From Candidatus Poribacteria bacterium (lineage in GTDB: Bacteria > Poribacteria > WGA-4E > WGA-3G), in assembly GCA_965198235.1 (NCBI GenBank), contig OZ240248.1, forward strand, positions 2,304,001-2,368,000: a DNA stretch of 64,000 nucleotides, in the 5' to 3' direction. Below are positions 20,332-31,162 of the stretch, piece by piece. The translations under genes and the position numbers were made by a program. A model generated the notes under the pieces. It had not been told where the DNA came from, did not search any database, and saw only the letters and a list, made by a program, of their open reading frames with translations. The stretch's first letter is position 1. Each line of letters starts with the position of its first letter.

Positions 20332-20349
20332 GTAAAGGAGTAAGCGGTT

Positions 20350-21987
20350 TTGGTTAATAAACGAATCAAATACGGTGGCAACACCCTCGCTTTTGTAGCA
20401 ATCATCTTCGGCATCCTTGCGCTGATTAATTTTTTGTCGACGCGTCGCTTCATTCGCGCGGATCTCACCGAGGACAAGCGTTATACTATCTCAAAAGCAA
20501 CTAAAAATGTGCTGGACGCGTTGGATGATATTGTGACGATCACCGCTTACTTTTCCACGAATCCCGCAGAAGTCGCGCAAATCCGTCGTGGTGTCAGGGA
20601 CGTACTCGATGAGTACAACGCATTCTCCAAGAAACTCCAGATTGATTTTGTGAATCCTGCTGATTTTGACGATGGACAGAAACAGGAACTCCGTTTCAAG
20701 GGTATCCCGGAAGTCCAAATCAATGTCGTGAAAAAGGATAAAGCGGAAATTGCGAACGTCTATATGGGTATCTCTATCGGCTACAGCGGCAAAGAAGAGA
20801 TCCTGCCAGTTGTGCGATCAACCGCTAATTTGGAGTACGAGCTTACTTCTACTATTCTCAAGGTTACCACCAAAGAGGCTAAGACGGTAGGATTTCTGAC
20901 GGGGCACGGCGAATTCGATATCGATGATCAAAACTATCAGCAGTTTCGCCAACTTTTGGATAAAAACGCGCAGGGGCAATATAATCTCACCTCCGTCAGT
21001 CTGCAAGACGGAAAAGCCATTGACAACAGCGTCGCGACACTGGTTATCGCTGGCGCAAAGCAACCCTTGACGGAACGCGATAAGTACGAACTTGATCAGT
21101 TTATCATGCGTGGCGGTAGGGCGATATTTTTAGTCGATCCCATTCAACTACAACCCGGTACATTGCAAGGTGCCCCGTTGAGCACCGGTCTGAACGACCT
21201 GTTAGAACACTACGGTGCAAAACTCGGAAACAATCTCTTGCTTGATACCCGATTCCACGACACCGCTCGGTTCCAACAAGGATTCATGACCGTTATTCAA
21301 CCGTATCCCTATTTTGTTAAAATTGTAAAACCGAATTTCTCGACGGAACACAGCATCACCAACCAGTTGGAGGTGTTGACATTACCGTGGACGAGTTCTT
21401 TAGAGGTGGTGGCAAAGGAAGGGACCACTGCAACGTCATTGGCAAAGACGAGTGAAGCAGGGCGGAGCATACAAGGCTATTACAACCTGATGCCGAACGC
21501 TCCAATTCCGCCCAATGCTGAGTCACAAGTTTATACGGTTGCTGTTGCCTTGGAAGGCAAATTCAAAAGTTTCTATGCCGGTAAAGAGATTCCGCCAGTC
21601 CCAACCCCTGTAGGTGCTGACGCTACGGAGGAAAGCGAAACTCCTGCTCCGGCACAAGACACAGAGGCACGAACAGCTAAAACTGAGAGTGAACAGACAC
21701 AAATTGTTGTGGTAGGCACAGCGCAATTTCTCACACAACTCCGTCCCGACGGAGTCAACTTTTTCTTAAACACCGTCGACTGGCTAACCCTTGGTGATGC
21801 CCTTATTGGTATTCGGTCGCACACTATCACAGATCGACCGCTTCGTGAAGTTTCTGAAATTGAGAAAAACTTTGTTAAGTACCTATGTATTGTAGGTATT
21901 CCGCTGTTAGTTGTTATCTTCGGACTCCTTCGATACTTCCTAAAAAGGCGAGCAAAAAGGTTCGTGGAAACCTACGGATCTATATAA
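20350..21987 (+). CDS. GldG-family ABC auxiliary protein
   Basis: DLTEDKRYTIS, LEYELT, GFLTGHGE, DQFIMRGG, FLNTVDWL, C-terminal TM helix. Confidence 0.88.
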   Translation: MVNKRIKYGGNTLAFVAIIFGILALINFLSTRRFIRADLTEDKRYTISKATKNVLDALDDIVTITAYFSTNPAEVAQIRRGVRDVLDEYNAFSKKLQIDFVNPADFDDGQKQELRFKGIPEVQINVVKKDKAEIANVYMGISIGYSGKEEILPVVRSTANLEYELTSTILKVTTKEAKTVGFLTGHGEFDIDDQNYQQFRQLLDKNAQGQYNLTSVSLQDGKAIDNSVATLVIAGAKQPLTERDKYELDQFIMRGGRAIFLVDPIQLQPGTLQGAPLSTGLNDLLEHYGAKLGNNLLLDTRFHDTARFQQGFMTVIQPYPYFVKIVKPNFSTEHSITNQLEVLTLPWTSSLEVVAKEGTTATSLAKTSEAGRSIQGYYNLMPNAPIPPNAESQVYTVAVALEGKFKSFYAGKEIPPVPTPVGADATEESETPAPAQDTEARTAKTESEQTQIVVVGTAQFLTQLRPDGVNFFLNTVDWLTLGDALIGIRSHTITDRPLREVSEIEKNFVKYLCIVGIPLLVVIFGLLRYFLKRRAKRFVETYGSI

Positions 21988-22106
21988 CTCTCGTTTTACA
22001 ATTTACTTGTAGATGCCCTTTGATGAAACAGAATTTGCGTTTGTCTTATTGAGGAAATCAACATTGATACTTCTTAGCAGCAATCCAGCTAACTTAATCA
22101 GAAACC

Positions 22107-22304
22107 ATTTTTTTAACTATGGGAATCTGGGCACTGCTCCACTACGTTTCGCAGTGGTTCTTGATTAGTTCCAACCCGCGCCAGGGATTCAAAGGTTTCT
22201 GACTTCACCGAAGACCGTTGCGGAATGAAATTAGGTTTCCTTAAATGGCATAATTTATCTTTGCTTTACATTTGGAGCAACGCCCAGGAGTAATAAATTA
22301 AAAA
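22107..22304. repeat. MITE-like intergenic element with inverted TTTTTTAA/TTAAAAAA ends
   Basis: Left end with hairpin cactgc-tccactacgtttc-gcagtg; inverted degenerate end abuts ATG 22305. Confidence 0.65.
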
Positions 22305-23270
22305 ATGAAAACGAAACAACTCCTGATTTTAGGTGCTATTTTCGTCGTTTTGGCAATCATTATCGTGCTTTTCGAGAACCCTTTTGGGCAGAGCGAATAT
22401 CAAAAGAAGGTTGAGACAGCAATGCCCCTGTTTCCAAACTTCAATGAGGAGCAGATTGTGAAAATAGAAATCACCGCCACCGGTGAAACCACAACGCTTT
22501 CAAAACAGAATGGCAATTGGGTGGTAGCTTCCATGGACAATTATCCTGCGGATGGTGAAGGCGTAGCAGAATTGCTGTCCAAGGTGGCCGAATTTAAGAA
22601 TACACAACGCGTCTCCAATAACCCAGAAAAACAATCGGAATTTGAAGTGGATAGCACCGGTGTTGAAGCGAAATTGATGGATGCAAACGATAAAGTGTTG
22701 GCGCATCTGTTTGTAGGGAAAACAACCCCTGGCTTTCTAAGCAGTTACGTCCGTCCTGCTAATTCCAACGATGTTTATGTCGCACAAGGGTATCTCCAAT
22801 CTGTCTTTAACAAGGGCACACGTACTTGGAAAGATCGGACTATCTTCAACTTTAACAAAGGGATTGTCACACAGCTTAACATCATTTCACCGGAGGAGAC
22901 GGTCGAACTGCGTCTCGATACAGACGGGACATGGCAGATGCTCAAGCCTGTAGGCGCTGCCGCCAAAACAACAGAGGTTGATGCCCTTCTTACAACTTTC
23001 AGCGAGTTGGACACAGACGATTTTGCTGAAGCGATGGATGAACTTGCCGAATACGGCTTAGACATGCCGCAATCCACCATTTCTGCTATGCTAAACGATG
23101 GCACAACGGCAACGCTGCACGTTGGGAAAGAGGAGGAGGGTAAACTTTACGTCAAACGCGACGACAAGGATACTGTCTTCAGACTCTTCAAGTCGAATGT
23201 AGATGGCTTAATAAAGAAATCCGATACCCTCAAGGCTGAGGAACCACACGCAGGAGTTGAAACCGAATAG
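22305..23270 (+). CDS. DUF4340 domain protein
   Basis: N-terminal TM helix, two repeated domains (WKDRTIF, YGLD), usual fourth gene of Gld-type operons. Confidence 0.8.
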   Translation: MKTKQLLILGAIFVVLAIIIVLFENPFGQSEYQKKVETAMPLFPNFNEEQIVKIEITATGETTTLSKQNGNWVVASMDNYPADGEGVAELLSKVAEFKNTQRVSNNPEKQSEFEVDSTGVEAKLMDANDKVLAHLFVGKTTPGFLSSYVRPANSNDVYVAQGYLQSVFNKGTRTWKDRTIFNFNKGIVTQLNIISPEETVELRLDTDGTWQMLKPVGAAAKTTEVDALLTTFSELDTDDFAEAMDELAEYGLDMPQSTISAMLNDGTTATLHVGKEEEGKLYVKRDDKDTVFRLFKSNVDGLIKKSDTLKAEEPHAGVETE

Positions 23271-23329
23271 ACAAACCCATTAACGCATGCAATGTAGTGG
23301 TACGGCAGCCGTACCGAAGGAAATTAACC

Positions 23330-24070
23330 GTGAAGAGATTAAAATTTTTATGTTTAGGGTTGAGTACATTAATCGCCATAACACTCACCGGATGCGAACC
23401 ACAAATCATAGGACCTTTGCTACAGTCGCAGGAGAGTGGGAAAATCCACGTGACAGGAAGCGGTTCAGTCGTCGGTGAACCGGATATCGCAACGCTGATT
23501 TTAGGTGTATCCGTTGAGAAAGAGACAGTCGCGGAAGCACGCGAGGAAGCCGCAGCCGCGATGACAGGCGTGATAACGTCTCTGAAAGCCAATGACATCG
23601 CTGAAAACGATATTCGAACGGAAAGATTTAGCATCTATCCACAGTACGACTACACGGATAATGGACGGGTACTTCGTGGATATAGTGTGAACAACACCGT
23701 TAGTGCAAAGGTACGAGAATTAGAGAATCTCAGTGAAGTAATTGATGATGCCGCCGAAGCGGGTGGTGACATCGTTGTTGTAAATTCCATCCAATTCATG
23801 ATTGAGGACCCCACACCATTACAAGCGCAAGCACGCGCATTAGCAGTAAAAAATGCTGAGGCAAAGGCACAAACCTTAGCAGATGCAAGCGGTGTTACCC
23901 TCGGAAAACCTGTCACGATCACTGAAACATCTCACACTGCGGGACCCCCAATTGCCTATGCTGAGGAAGCAGCCTTCGCGAGTGATGATAGTGCGCGTAG
24001 CAAAACCCCTATTGAAGCAGGTGAACTCACTGTCACCGTGAATATTACCGTGGTTTATGAGATTGAGTGA
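23330..24070 (+). CDS. SIMPL (DUF541) lipoprotein
   Basis: Lipobox LTGC, IHVTGSG...PDIA, ALAVKNAEAKAQTLA; GTG start after AAGG (alternative start 23297). Confidence 0.9.
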   Translation: MKRLKFLCLGLSTLIAITLTGCEPQIIGPLLQSQESGKIHVTGSGSVVGEPDIATLILGVSVEKETVAEAREEAAAAMTGVITSLKANDIAENDIRTERFSIYPQYDYTDNGRVLRGYSVNNTVSAKVRELENLSEVIDDAAEAGGDIVVVNSIQFMIEDPTPLQAQARALAVKNAEAKAQTLADASGVTLGKPVTITETSHTAGPPIAYAEEAAFASDDSARSKTPIEAGELTVTVNITVVYEIE

Positions 24071-24537
24071 AATTTTTCAACAACGACAATCTCCTGAAAT
24101 TCCAGCGGTCCACCTGAAATAGCAAGGTTATATGCCACTGGAGTTTTACGATTTTCTTCACCATAAAACATCTCTGCGCGAACACCTGCCTCTCCCCGCG
24201 AGTCCCCCAAGGATACAAGCTTGAGTTGATCTTTTATCCGCCAGAAAACAGGCATCTTCTCAGAAAAAATGCTGTCGTAGTCGTACCGTTCCTCAACGGA
24301 TCGGTTTTCGAGAATCTTCTGTACAGTTTCACCATCCTCTTTTTCTCGGTCAACATCACGAATCGGCACATCTCCAATTTCACGGAGGACGATCTGGCGG
24401 ATAACTTCAGGGACCTCATCAAACGATATTGCTTCGCAGTGAGAATAGAAAAATCCGTCAACACTTACAACAAAACATGCTATGATACAGAAGATGAGCA
24501 ACCGTATCAGGCATTGGCACTTTTTCAAAATGAGCAC
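24055..24537 (-). CDS. Hypothetical secreted protein with a truncated PepSY-like repeat; possibly a gene remnant
   Basis: Signal peptide; ISFDEVPEVIRQIV...REKEDGETV breaks off and is followed by unrelated-looking sequence. Confidence 0.4.
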   Translation of the reverse strand: MLILKKCQCLIRLLIFCIIACFVVSVDGFFYSHCEAISFDEVPEVIRQIVLREIGDVPIRDVDREKEDGETVQKILENRSVEERYDYDSIFSEKMPVFWRIKDQLKLVSLGDSRGEAGVRAEMFYGEENRKTPVAYNLAISGGPLEFQEIVVVEKFHSIS

Positions 24538-24762
24538 CCTCCTTTAATTATTTCTGAATACTCTCCCAAAGTTGTATCGCTGTTGAAGCGCAAAAATCCA
24601 TCTATAGATTAGGAGACAACTGTGTAGTTCCTGGAGGAGTTGAAATCAAAAACTAATTGCAGAGTAACTATGAATAATAGCGATTTAGCGGCAGATTTTA
24701 GGAAACCATCCGATTGTAGTTACAATACTACGACCCACGGTAATTCTATGTAGCAGTTGTCA

Positions 24763-25620
24763 TTAATCATCTACCAATAGATTAGTCTGAAAAACAAGAA
24801 ATTTTCCATTAAAATGATGTTGGAGGACAAAAATTTCCATTCGTGAAAATAACTCTTCACATTCCATTTTCTCAAAGGCGATTTTCATCTTATTGCGTTG
24901 CTGGTTCTGCTCAGTGTCACTATGACATGGAACAGCGAAGTTCAATGTATTGTCACTAATTTGAGGGTACTGATTCGGATTCAAAATATTTGCGCCAGCT
25001 TTAACCTCGGTCATAATACGAAAGCGCATCTTTACTGAAGCATCGTCTACGTTTCTAACTCTACTGAAGGTTTGCTGTTCACTGAACAGATCCAGCAATT
25101 TCTGTTTCATTGATACCGACAGAGTTTCACCAAGTTCGTTTAGCCGTTCTTCTAATGCTTGACCAAAAGATTCTGAAATCAAGGTCGAAACAGGTACCGT
25201 CTCAAAATATTTCCCGTGAGTCAAGCAGGCTTTCACGTTTGGCTGTTTTCTACCACGAATCAGATAAAAAACTTGGCGAATAGGTAAGGAAAGTATGTTA
25301 TTACCTGCTTCTTCCATCTGTGTTCGGATAGCATTTCTCCCGCCTTCGGTTAACTTTTTAATATCTTTTTCGCCTGTCGGAATTGTTGAGTTAAATGAAG
25401 CGACCGAATAGGTTTTGCTTTCCTTGAGTTCAATCAATTCCCCACCAGTAAATTGTTCGCCGTCGTTATTGAGTTTAATAGCTAAATCGGGAAATATGCC
25501 CTTGTTGATACAAGAAAGCATTTGTTTATCGAATGGAAAACGCTCGAGTTTGTTTTCTGAGAGAAATTCCTGTTTTTTCTTGCACAAGTCAGCGGAAAAG
25601 TGATAAATAGAGTAAGTCAT
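24763..25620 (-). CDS. Putative type II restriction endonuclease (PD-(D/E)xK)
   Basis: FPDLAIK...IELKESK...FNST motif; lower GC; directly downstream of the MTase. Confidence 0.65.
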   Translation of the reverse strand: MTYSIYHFSADLCKKKQEFLSENKLERFPFDKQMLSCINKGIFPDLAIKLNNDGEQFTGGELIELKESKTYSVASFNSTIPTGEKDIKKLTEGGRNAIRTQMEEAGNNILSLPIRQVFYLIRGRKQPNVKACLTHGKYFETVPVSTLISESFGQALEERLNELGETLSVSMKQKLLDLFSEQQTFSRVRNVDDASVKMRFRIMTEVKAGANILNPNQYPQISDNTLNFAVPCHSDTEQNQQRNKMKIAFEKMECEELFSRMEIFVLQHHFNGKFLVFQTNLLVDD

Positions 25621-26559
25621 TTATTGATTTGACTCAAGAAAAGCCATCTGTTTAGCAGTAGGTTCATCAGAGGACGCTAATTTTCTGCTTTGTCCGTGTT
25701 CTCCCCAGATTGCTTCTAAGTCTGGGGTGCATGCGTAATCCTTGAAAAAACGCGAGACATCGTCTGAGTCTCTCTGTTCAACGAATCTGTTTTGGATAAG
25801 CGTAACATTGTGGGAGTCGAGTTCAATCCCTACTGATTTCCGCCCCAATTGTTCCGCCACGACCAGCGTTGTCCCTGAACCTGCAAACGGATCGAGGACG
25901 ACATCACCGGGGTTTGTGGAGGAGAGAATAATCCGAAGGAGAAGTTGAATAGGTGCCTGCTGCTTGTGCAAGCGATTTCCTTCTGCATCTCGTAACGCTT
26001 CATCACCCGCAAAATAACCAGAGGTCAACTCCCGAATGTCATCCCACACATCAGTAACAAACATACCGTTTTCTCGCGTGTGCTTGTAACCTGCGGGCAG
26101 TGGTGGGTCGATGCGTAGACGATGGAAAACACGCGGCGTTTTGCCTTTCGTCGCAAACGCAATGATCTGGTAGTGCTTACCGAAACGTTTCGTCCCTGGC
26201 ACCGCCGAGGTTTTCTTTTTCCAGATAATCAGGTTTTGAAAGGTCCATCCGGTATCGCGTAAACATTGCAGCACGAATTCTGTGTTTTTCTCGCGTTGCA
26301 TGAAATAAAGGGCACCACCATCCGAAGTCAATGCATACACCTTTGCACAAATCTCGCGCATCCACTCCCAATATTCCTCTGGGGGTAGGTTATCATCCCA
26401 GGCATTGTAAGCCTTATCCTGATTGAAGGGAGGATCGAGAAAGGAGAGATCTATTCTCGGCGCGAAGTCGCTTCGATCCAAGGCAGCTGTGCAACTCTCA
26501 TGAAGCACAGTGCAGTTTTTTCCGAATGAATTGCCCATAGTGTTTACAGGTTTTCGCAA
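25621..26559 (-). CDS. Beta-class N4/N6 DNA methyltransferase
   Basis: DPPF (motif IV) precedes DPFAGSGTT (motif I); start may be ATG 26538. Confidence 0.93.
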   Translation of the reverse strand: MRKPVNTMGNSFGKNCTVLHESCTAALDRSDFAPRIDLSFLDPPFNQDKAYNAWDDNLPPEEYWEWMREICAKVYALTSDGGALYFMQREKNTEFVLQCLRDTGWTFQNLIIWKKKTSAVPGTKRFGKHYQIIAFATKGKTPRVFHRLRIDPPLPAGYKHTRENGMFVTDVWDDIRELTSGYFAGDEALRDAEGNRLHKQQAPIQLLLRIILSSTNPGDVVLDPFAGSGTTLVVAEQLGRKSVGIELDSHNVTLIQNRFVEQRDSDDVSRFFKDYACTPDLEAIWGEHGQSRKLASSDEPTAKQMAFLESNQ

Positions 26560-26763
26560 TTAGGGTGAGTCCGGATTAGTTTCCTCTGAAGGCTTTCCCC
26601 ACGGTTCGTTCTCGAAATCACGGACCGCAGCACCGAGTTCGCCCCAAAGATATTCATCCCATAAATCATGGGAAAGCATTTCCAATTGTCGGTGTTGGAT
26701 GTAGTCGCGGAACTGATCGCTTTTCGGATCATCTGATTCAGGGGTTTGTGCTTGTTCTGTCAT
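26560..26763 (-). CDS. Small acidic hypothetical protein
   Basis: 67-aa ORF with ATG start and AAGGA RBS, in operon context. Confidence 0.5.
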   Translation of the reverse strand: MTEQAQTPESDDPKSDQFRDYIQHRQLEMLSHDLWDEYLWGELGAAVRDFENEPWGKPSEETNPDSP

Positions 26764-26811
26764 AATTACTGTGTTCCTTACAACGGCTGAAATTCACCGC
26801 GCCTGTCAGTC

Positions 26812-28506
26812 TTAAATCCTAATGAGTTTTCCAACGAGACGGCCGGTATGATTGTCGTTCTCAACAATAACTTTGCCGTTCACAAGGGTGTAGTCGTAAC
26901 CCTGCGCTCGCTGTGTCCAACGTCCCGCACCAACAGGTAAGTCATACACAAATTCAGGGATTTCCATACGAAGGTTTTCTGCGTCAATCACATTGACATC
27001 GGCGTAATACCCTGGCTTTAATAACCCACGCTCAGGGATTCCGAAGGCTTCTGCACCATCAGAAGTCAACCGGCGAATAGTCTCTTCCAAACTGAACACT
27101 TGTCGTTCAGCGTGCCAAAATGTCAGGGCATGTGTTGAGAGAGAGGCATCGCAGATGGCGTTTACATGCGCGCCAGCATCACCGAGACCAAGGAGCGTGT
27201 CTCGGTAGCGCACGACTTCCTCAACGTGCGCGAGATTATGATTATTCGTTGCGAAGGCAAATAACTGCCGCCCCGCAGTTTCGTGGAATAGCCGAACGAT
27301 TGTCTCTATCGGGCGTTCGTTGTTTTCATCGGCAATATTGCGTAGCAAGTTCTCCTGTTTACGGACATATTCACACTCCGCTGGTCCGAAACGGTATAGC
27401 ATTTTACCGAGGCGTTCATCACTTTCGTCAGGTATATCTAACAGTCGTGCCTGTGTCTTTTCATCTTGGATCGCTGTTAACCGTTCAGGGTAAGGGAGAC
27501 TGTATAATTCACGCCACGCACTCGCGTCGCGAATCGGCATCCAATTGCAAAGTCCAACCATTACCGTGTTGACACGGGAAGACACCATCGGACGCGCCTG
27601 TGCCCCGGCGGCTCGTTCTTCATCAAGCCATCCCAAATATAGGGTCTGGATCGTCGGTACAGCTTCATGGGTGAACGCGCTGAAGATCACAGGACACCCA
27701 CTCTGCCGGTTCACCTCAGCAATGCGGTAGATCTCCTTTCGCGTTTCTGGATACTCGGTTGTCGGATAGTTCTCATATTCCCCGAAACCGGGTGCCCATT
27801 GGAAAATCCCTTTGTTGTGTCTTCCAACGGCTTGCGCGAGCGCGACGAGTTCATCAAGATGTGCGAATGTACCGGGTATCGGGATGCCTTCAGAGGTTTT
27901 GTGGGTGAGTGTTCGAGAAGTGGAAAATCCCAGTGCTCCTGCCTCCATCGCTTCATCGACGGAGGTTTGCATAGCCTTCATTTCATCGGGGGTTGGATAT
28001 CTGTCTCTTTTTAGGCTCTCTTCACCCATTGTGTGGTAGCGTGTTGCCGCATGCCCGATCATACCGCAGACATTCACGCCCTTCGGACACGCATCCAATG
28101 CGTCGTAGTACTCCCCGAAGGTTTCCCAATTCCAACGCAGACTTGACATGATGCTTTCCGCAGGAATCCCTTCAACACTTTCAAGGACCTTCGCTAAAAC
28201 CATGTGGTCGGCTTGCTTGACAGGTGCGAAACTCACACCGCAACTCCCAAGGATCAGTGTAGTGATGCCGTGCCAACATGTTGGTGTGCCAAGCGGATCC
28301 CACATGAACTGGGCATCCATGTGTGTATGTGTATCTATGAAGCCCGGTGTGACGAGTCTGTCCGTTGCATCAATTGTCTGGTACGCCGCATTGGGAATGT
28401 CGCCAACGTTTGTGATACGTTCACCACTAATAGCGATGTCGGCTTTGAAACCAGGCTTACCCGTTCCATCAATGATTGTTCCGTTGCGGATGACAAGATC
28501 GTACAC
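26812..28506 (-). CDS. N-acyl-D-amino-acid deacylase family amidohydrolase
   Basis: PGFIDTHTHMDAQ, GALGFSTSR, GDAGAH, RGLLKPGYYADV. Confidence 0.92.
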   Translation of the reverse strand: MYDLVIRNGTIIDGTGKPGFKADIAISGERITNVGDIPNAAYQTIDATDRLVTPGFIDTHTHMDAQFMWDPLGTPTCWHGITTLILGSCGVSFAPVKQADHMVLAKVLESVEGIPAESIMSSLRWNWETFGEYYDALDACPKGVNVCGMIGHAATRYHTMGEESLKRDRYPTPDEMKAMQTSVDEAMEAGALGFSTSRTLTHKTSEGIPIPGTFAHLDELVALAQAVGRHNKGIFQWAPGFGEYENYPTTEYPETRKEIYRIAEVNRQSGCPVIFSAFTHEAVPTIQTLYLGWLDEERAAGAQARPMVSSRVNTVMVGLCNWMPIRDASAWRELYSLPYPERLTAIQDEKTQARLLDIPDESDERLGKMLYRFGPAECEYVRKQENLLRNIADENNERPIETIVRLFHETAGRQLFAFATNNHNLAHVEEVVRYRDTLLGLGDAGAHVNAICDASLSTHALTFWHAERQVFSLEETIRRLTSDGAEAFGIPERGLLKPGYYADVNVIDAENLRMEIPEFVYDLPVGAGRWTQRAQGYDYTLVNGKVIVENDNHTGRLVGKLIRI

Positions 28507-28572
28507 TATTTTTTCCTTTACAGAGTATCACATTGCTGAATTTAACGCATCTCGGAACACTTGCAGTCTGGA

Positions 28573-29082
28573 TTAGACCGTATACTGCTTTAGCGTGTCG
28601 TCGTCTAAATTCTGTAAGACATCTTTCGTGTCAGGTTTTTGTCCCTTGTCGAGTTCCTGTTCAGAGAATCCCTGTTCTGCAAGCACCTCTTCAACAACAT
28701 AGATAGGGGCTTCGCAGCGAAGTGCGAGCGCGATTGCATCACTGGGACGACAATCTACGTCAATGGTGTTACCTTTCACTTCCAATGTCACGTGTGCATA
28801 GAAAGTCCGTTCTTCAAAAGCGTGTACACACACGGCTGTAACTTTAGCCTCAAGGGTTTCAATCATAGTCTTGAGCAAGTCGTGTGTCATTGGACGCGGG
28901 AGTTGCATTTTCTCTAAATGCATTTGGATAGCCGCTGCCTCCGATTCGCCGATCCATATCAACAGTATCCGATTTGAATCGTCCTCTTTCTCCTTCAGGA
29001 CTACTATCGGTGCTCCCGTGCCACGATCGATCGAGAGGAAGTTGACTTTAACCTCAACTCTCGTTTGTTTCTCTTTTTCCAT
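28573..29082 (-). CDS. Bifunctional nuclease family protein (DUF151)
   Basis: IWIGESEA, RPMTHDL, DCRPSDAIALA. Confidence 0.93.
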   Translation of the reverse strand: MEKEKQTRVEVKVNFLSIDRGTGAPIVVLKEKEDDSNRILLIWIGESEAAAIQMHLEKMQLPRPMTHDLLKTMIETLEAKVTAVCVHAFEERTFYAHVTLEVKGNTIDVDCRPSDAIALALRCEAPIYVVEEVLAEQGFSEQELDKGQKPDTKDVLQNLDDDTLKQYTV

Positions 29083-29202
29083 CTGTGCATCCTTTCATCT
29101 CACTGGTGTTTGAGGACAGTCCGTAGATTGTCTCCACCAGTGTTTGTTTAAACTGAGGATGGGCACGGCAGGAACCACGCCCTATATTCGCAAACATGTC
29201 AA

Positions 29203-29920
29203 CTAATCAGCATCCGTCGATTCTGCTGAATCCGATTGGGCATTGACAACCGCACTCGAAGCATAATCGCGAATAGTCTGTGCAATCCTTTCGGTATCTA
29301 AACCGCTGAAGCCGACGATTTCCTTCAGCAATGGCACTGCTGCACCAGCATTCACAATGGAACTGAGAATCCGGTTCATGCCATTGCTGCCATTACCATT
29401 GCCACCGCCGCCGAGGTCAAGCACACGGATGCTTTCAATCCGTTCCGCTGGTTTCATCAGTTCAGTGGTTACTTCAGGTAGGGATTCCAGAAGTGCTAAT
29501 ATCGCATCACTAACGAGAACTTTGGAATCCGCCTGATTCTTCGCGGCAATCGATGCCTCTTCGCCATTGGCTTTTGCCTTTTGTTGTTGTTCAAGTTTAT
29601 GCGCCTCAATCTCGCGTTCCTGTTCCGCTCTGTTTGTAGCGATTGACTTGCGTTGCTCTTCCTGTGCAAACTCAAGACGTTTCGCAACTTCTAAGGCTTG
29701 TGTCTCCGTCTCCTCTTCGCGCTGTTTGATTTCCAGGTCGGCTTTGAGTCGGTTCTCTTCACGCCTCACTTGGTTTTCTTGCTCGATCCGGGCGGTTTCA
29801 GTTTGTCTATCTTCAACCTCTTGTTTGATAGTTTGAATGGCAACGACATCAAAACGGTTGTTTTCGTCAAGTGCCTCAAGAGGTGTTTGGTCGAGATTGG
29901 TGACAGCAACACTTTCTAAC
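29203..29920 (-). pseudogene. 3' fragment of a flotillin/YqiK-like SPFH protein; 5' part missing at the IS junction
   Basis: LESVAVTNLDQT...NNRFD, coiled coil, MKPAERIESIRVL; no TM/SPFH N-terminus; the ORF's apparent start lies inside the IS right end. Confidence 0.8.
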
Positions 29921-30080
29921 GTGATAGCACCCACACGCTAAAGCGTGGGGCTTCGGTTTCATAGCAACTGCGGTTTTCTCCAAGAGTCCACCGTCTGACT
30001 GTCGCTCCGCCAGCAGGCAATTATTCCGTATCAGAACGGTTTTATGGTCTCCTTAGACCGCTACCCCTGCCTGCAAAATG
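29901..30080 (-). ncRNA. Putative TnpB omega/reRNA with a flank-derived guide of about GTTAGAAAGTGTTGCTGTCA
   Basis: Established TnpB architecture (right-end scaffold plus 3' flank); 5' boundary approximate. Confidence 0.6.
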
Positions 30081-31162
30081 TTTATCGCAGCGTTTATATC
30101 TCTATCGTGAGACGTGCTGCAGGAAGGACATGTCCAATATCTATCTGAAAGTGTAATAGATTCATTCTTGTGTTTGCAAGCGTGGCATGCTTTCGTTGTG
30201 GGTTGCCACCGCCCCGCTTTCGCAAACACTTTATCATATTTGGCACATGTCCACTGAAGTATTAGTGAGAATTCACCAAAGGCTATATCAGAGACTTTAC
30301 GTCCCCAAAGTTTTTTCATACCTTCAAGATTGAGCGTCTCTATGGCAATTTTATCGTATCTGCGAACAAGGCGGAGTGCTAACTTGAAAAACCAGTCCCG
30401 TCTACGATTTGCTATATCCTTATGGACGCTGGAAAGGTGGCGTTTGGCACGAAACCAGCCATGAGAAAGATACTGCTTACGAGAGAGTGCCTTGTTTGCT
30501 GAACGGATTGCGTTGAGACTTTGCTTATAGAACTCTGGGGACTCTATCTTTATGTCGTCTGAGAGTGTCAGAAATGTTTTACTTCCAAAATCTACCCCTG
30601 CCTCATTACCGGTCAATGGGAGTTTTTTCGAAGGTTTGTAATCCTCACAGACGAGATACAAATAATAGCCACCTACATTGTCACGCTTGATCGTTACTTT
30701 CTTTATCGTGCCTGTCCACTTACGGTGTTTCCAAAAGGTGAAGGACTTGTCTATACAATTGATCCTTAAACGGTTGCCTTCTATTTGAAAACCTGATTGT
30801 GTGAAAGTGATTGACTTATACTTGTGATTCGGCTTGATTTTCGGTTTGCCCACTTTGCGTTTCGTTTTACCTAACTTTCTGTCTTCTATGTTGTCAAAGA
30901 ACCGCTGGTAACCTAAATCAATGCGGATCGCAACGTCTTGAATCATTTGGCTTGGCAGCTGATTCCAATGGGGTTTTGTTCTGCGTTTCAACTGCGTTAT
31001 ATGTTTCAAGATACGAGAAAGTGAAGCATACTTACCATAAATCCGATAATAGCGTCTCTGCAACAATAAGAGGTGGACATGCACACGATGCAAGTCGTCT
31101 ATCAAATTGCCAAGCATGATTAGATTCGACTGGTGGTAAAACTCGTATTTTTCTGTTTTCAT
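30053..31162 (-). CDS. tnpB: RNA-guided endonuclease TnpB
   Basis: RuvC residues in GVDFG, IETL and DRDINAA; Zn finger CHAC...CPSC. Confidence 0.95.
   Translation of the reverse strand: MKTEKYEFYHQSNLIMLGNLIDDLHRVHVHLLLLQRRYYRIYGKYASLSRILKHITQLKRRTKPHWNQLPSQMIQDVAIRIDLGYQRFFDNIEDRKLGKTKRKVGKPKIKPNHKYKSITFTQSGFQIEGNRLRINCIDKSFTFWKHRKWTGTIKKVTIKRDNVGGYYLYLVCEDYKPSKKLPLTGNEAGVDFGSKTFLTLSDDIKIESPEFYKQSLNAIRSANKALSRKQYLSHGWFRAKRHLSSVHKDIANRRRDWFFKLALRLVRRYDKIAIETLNLEGMKKLWGRKVSDIAFGEFSLILQWTCAKYDKVFAKAGRWQPTTKACHACKHKNESITLSDRYWTCPSCSTSHDRDINAAINILQAGVAV

Noticed and set aside
29921-29934. Start codon of the 243-aa flotillin ORF
   Set aside because: The GTG lies inside the IS right-end hairpin and has no RBS; treated as a pseudogene fragment.
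30053-31162. Cas12f or nuclease-dead TldR
   Set aside because: All three RuvC acidic residues are present, IS605-type ends are intact, and there is no adjacent array.
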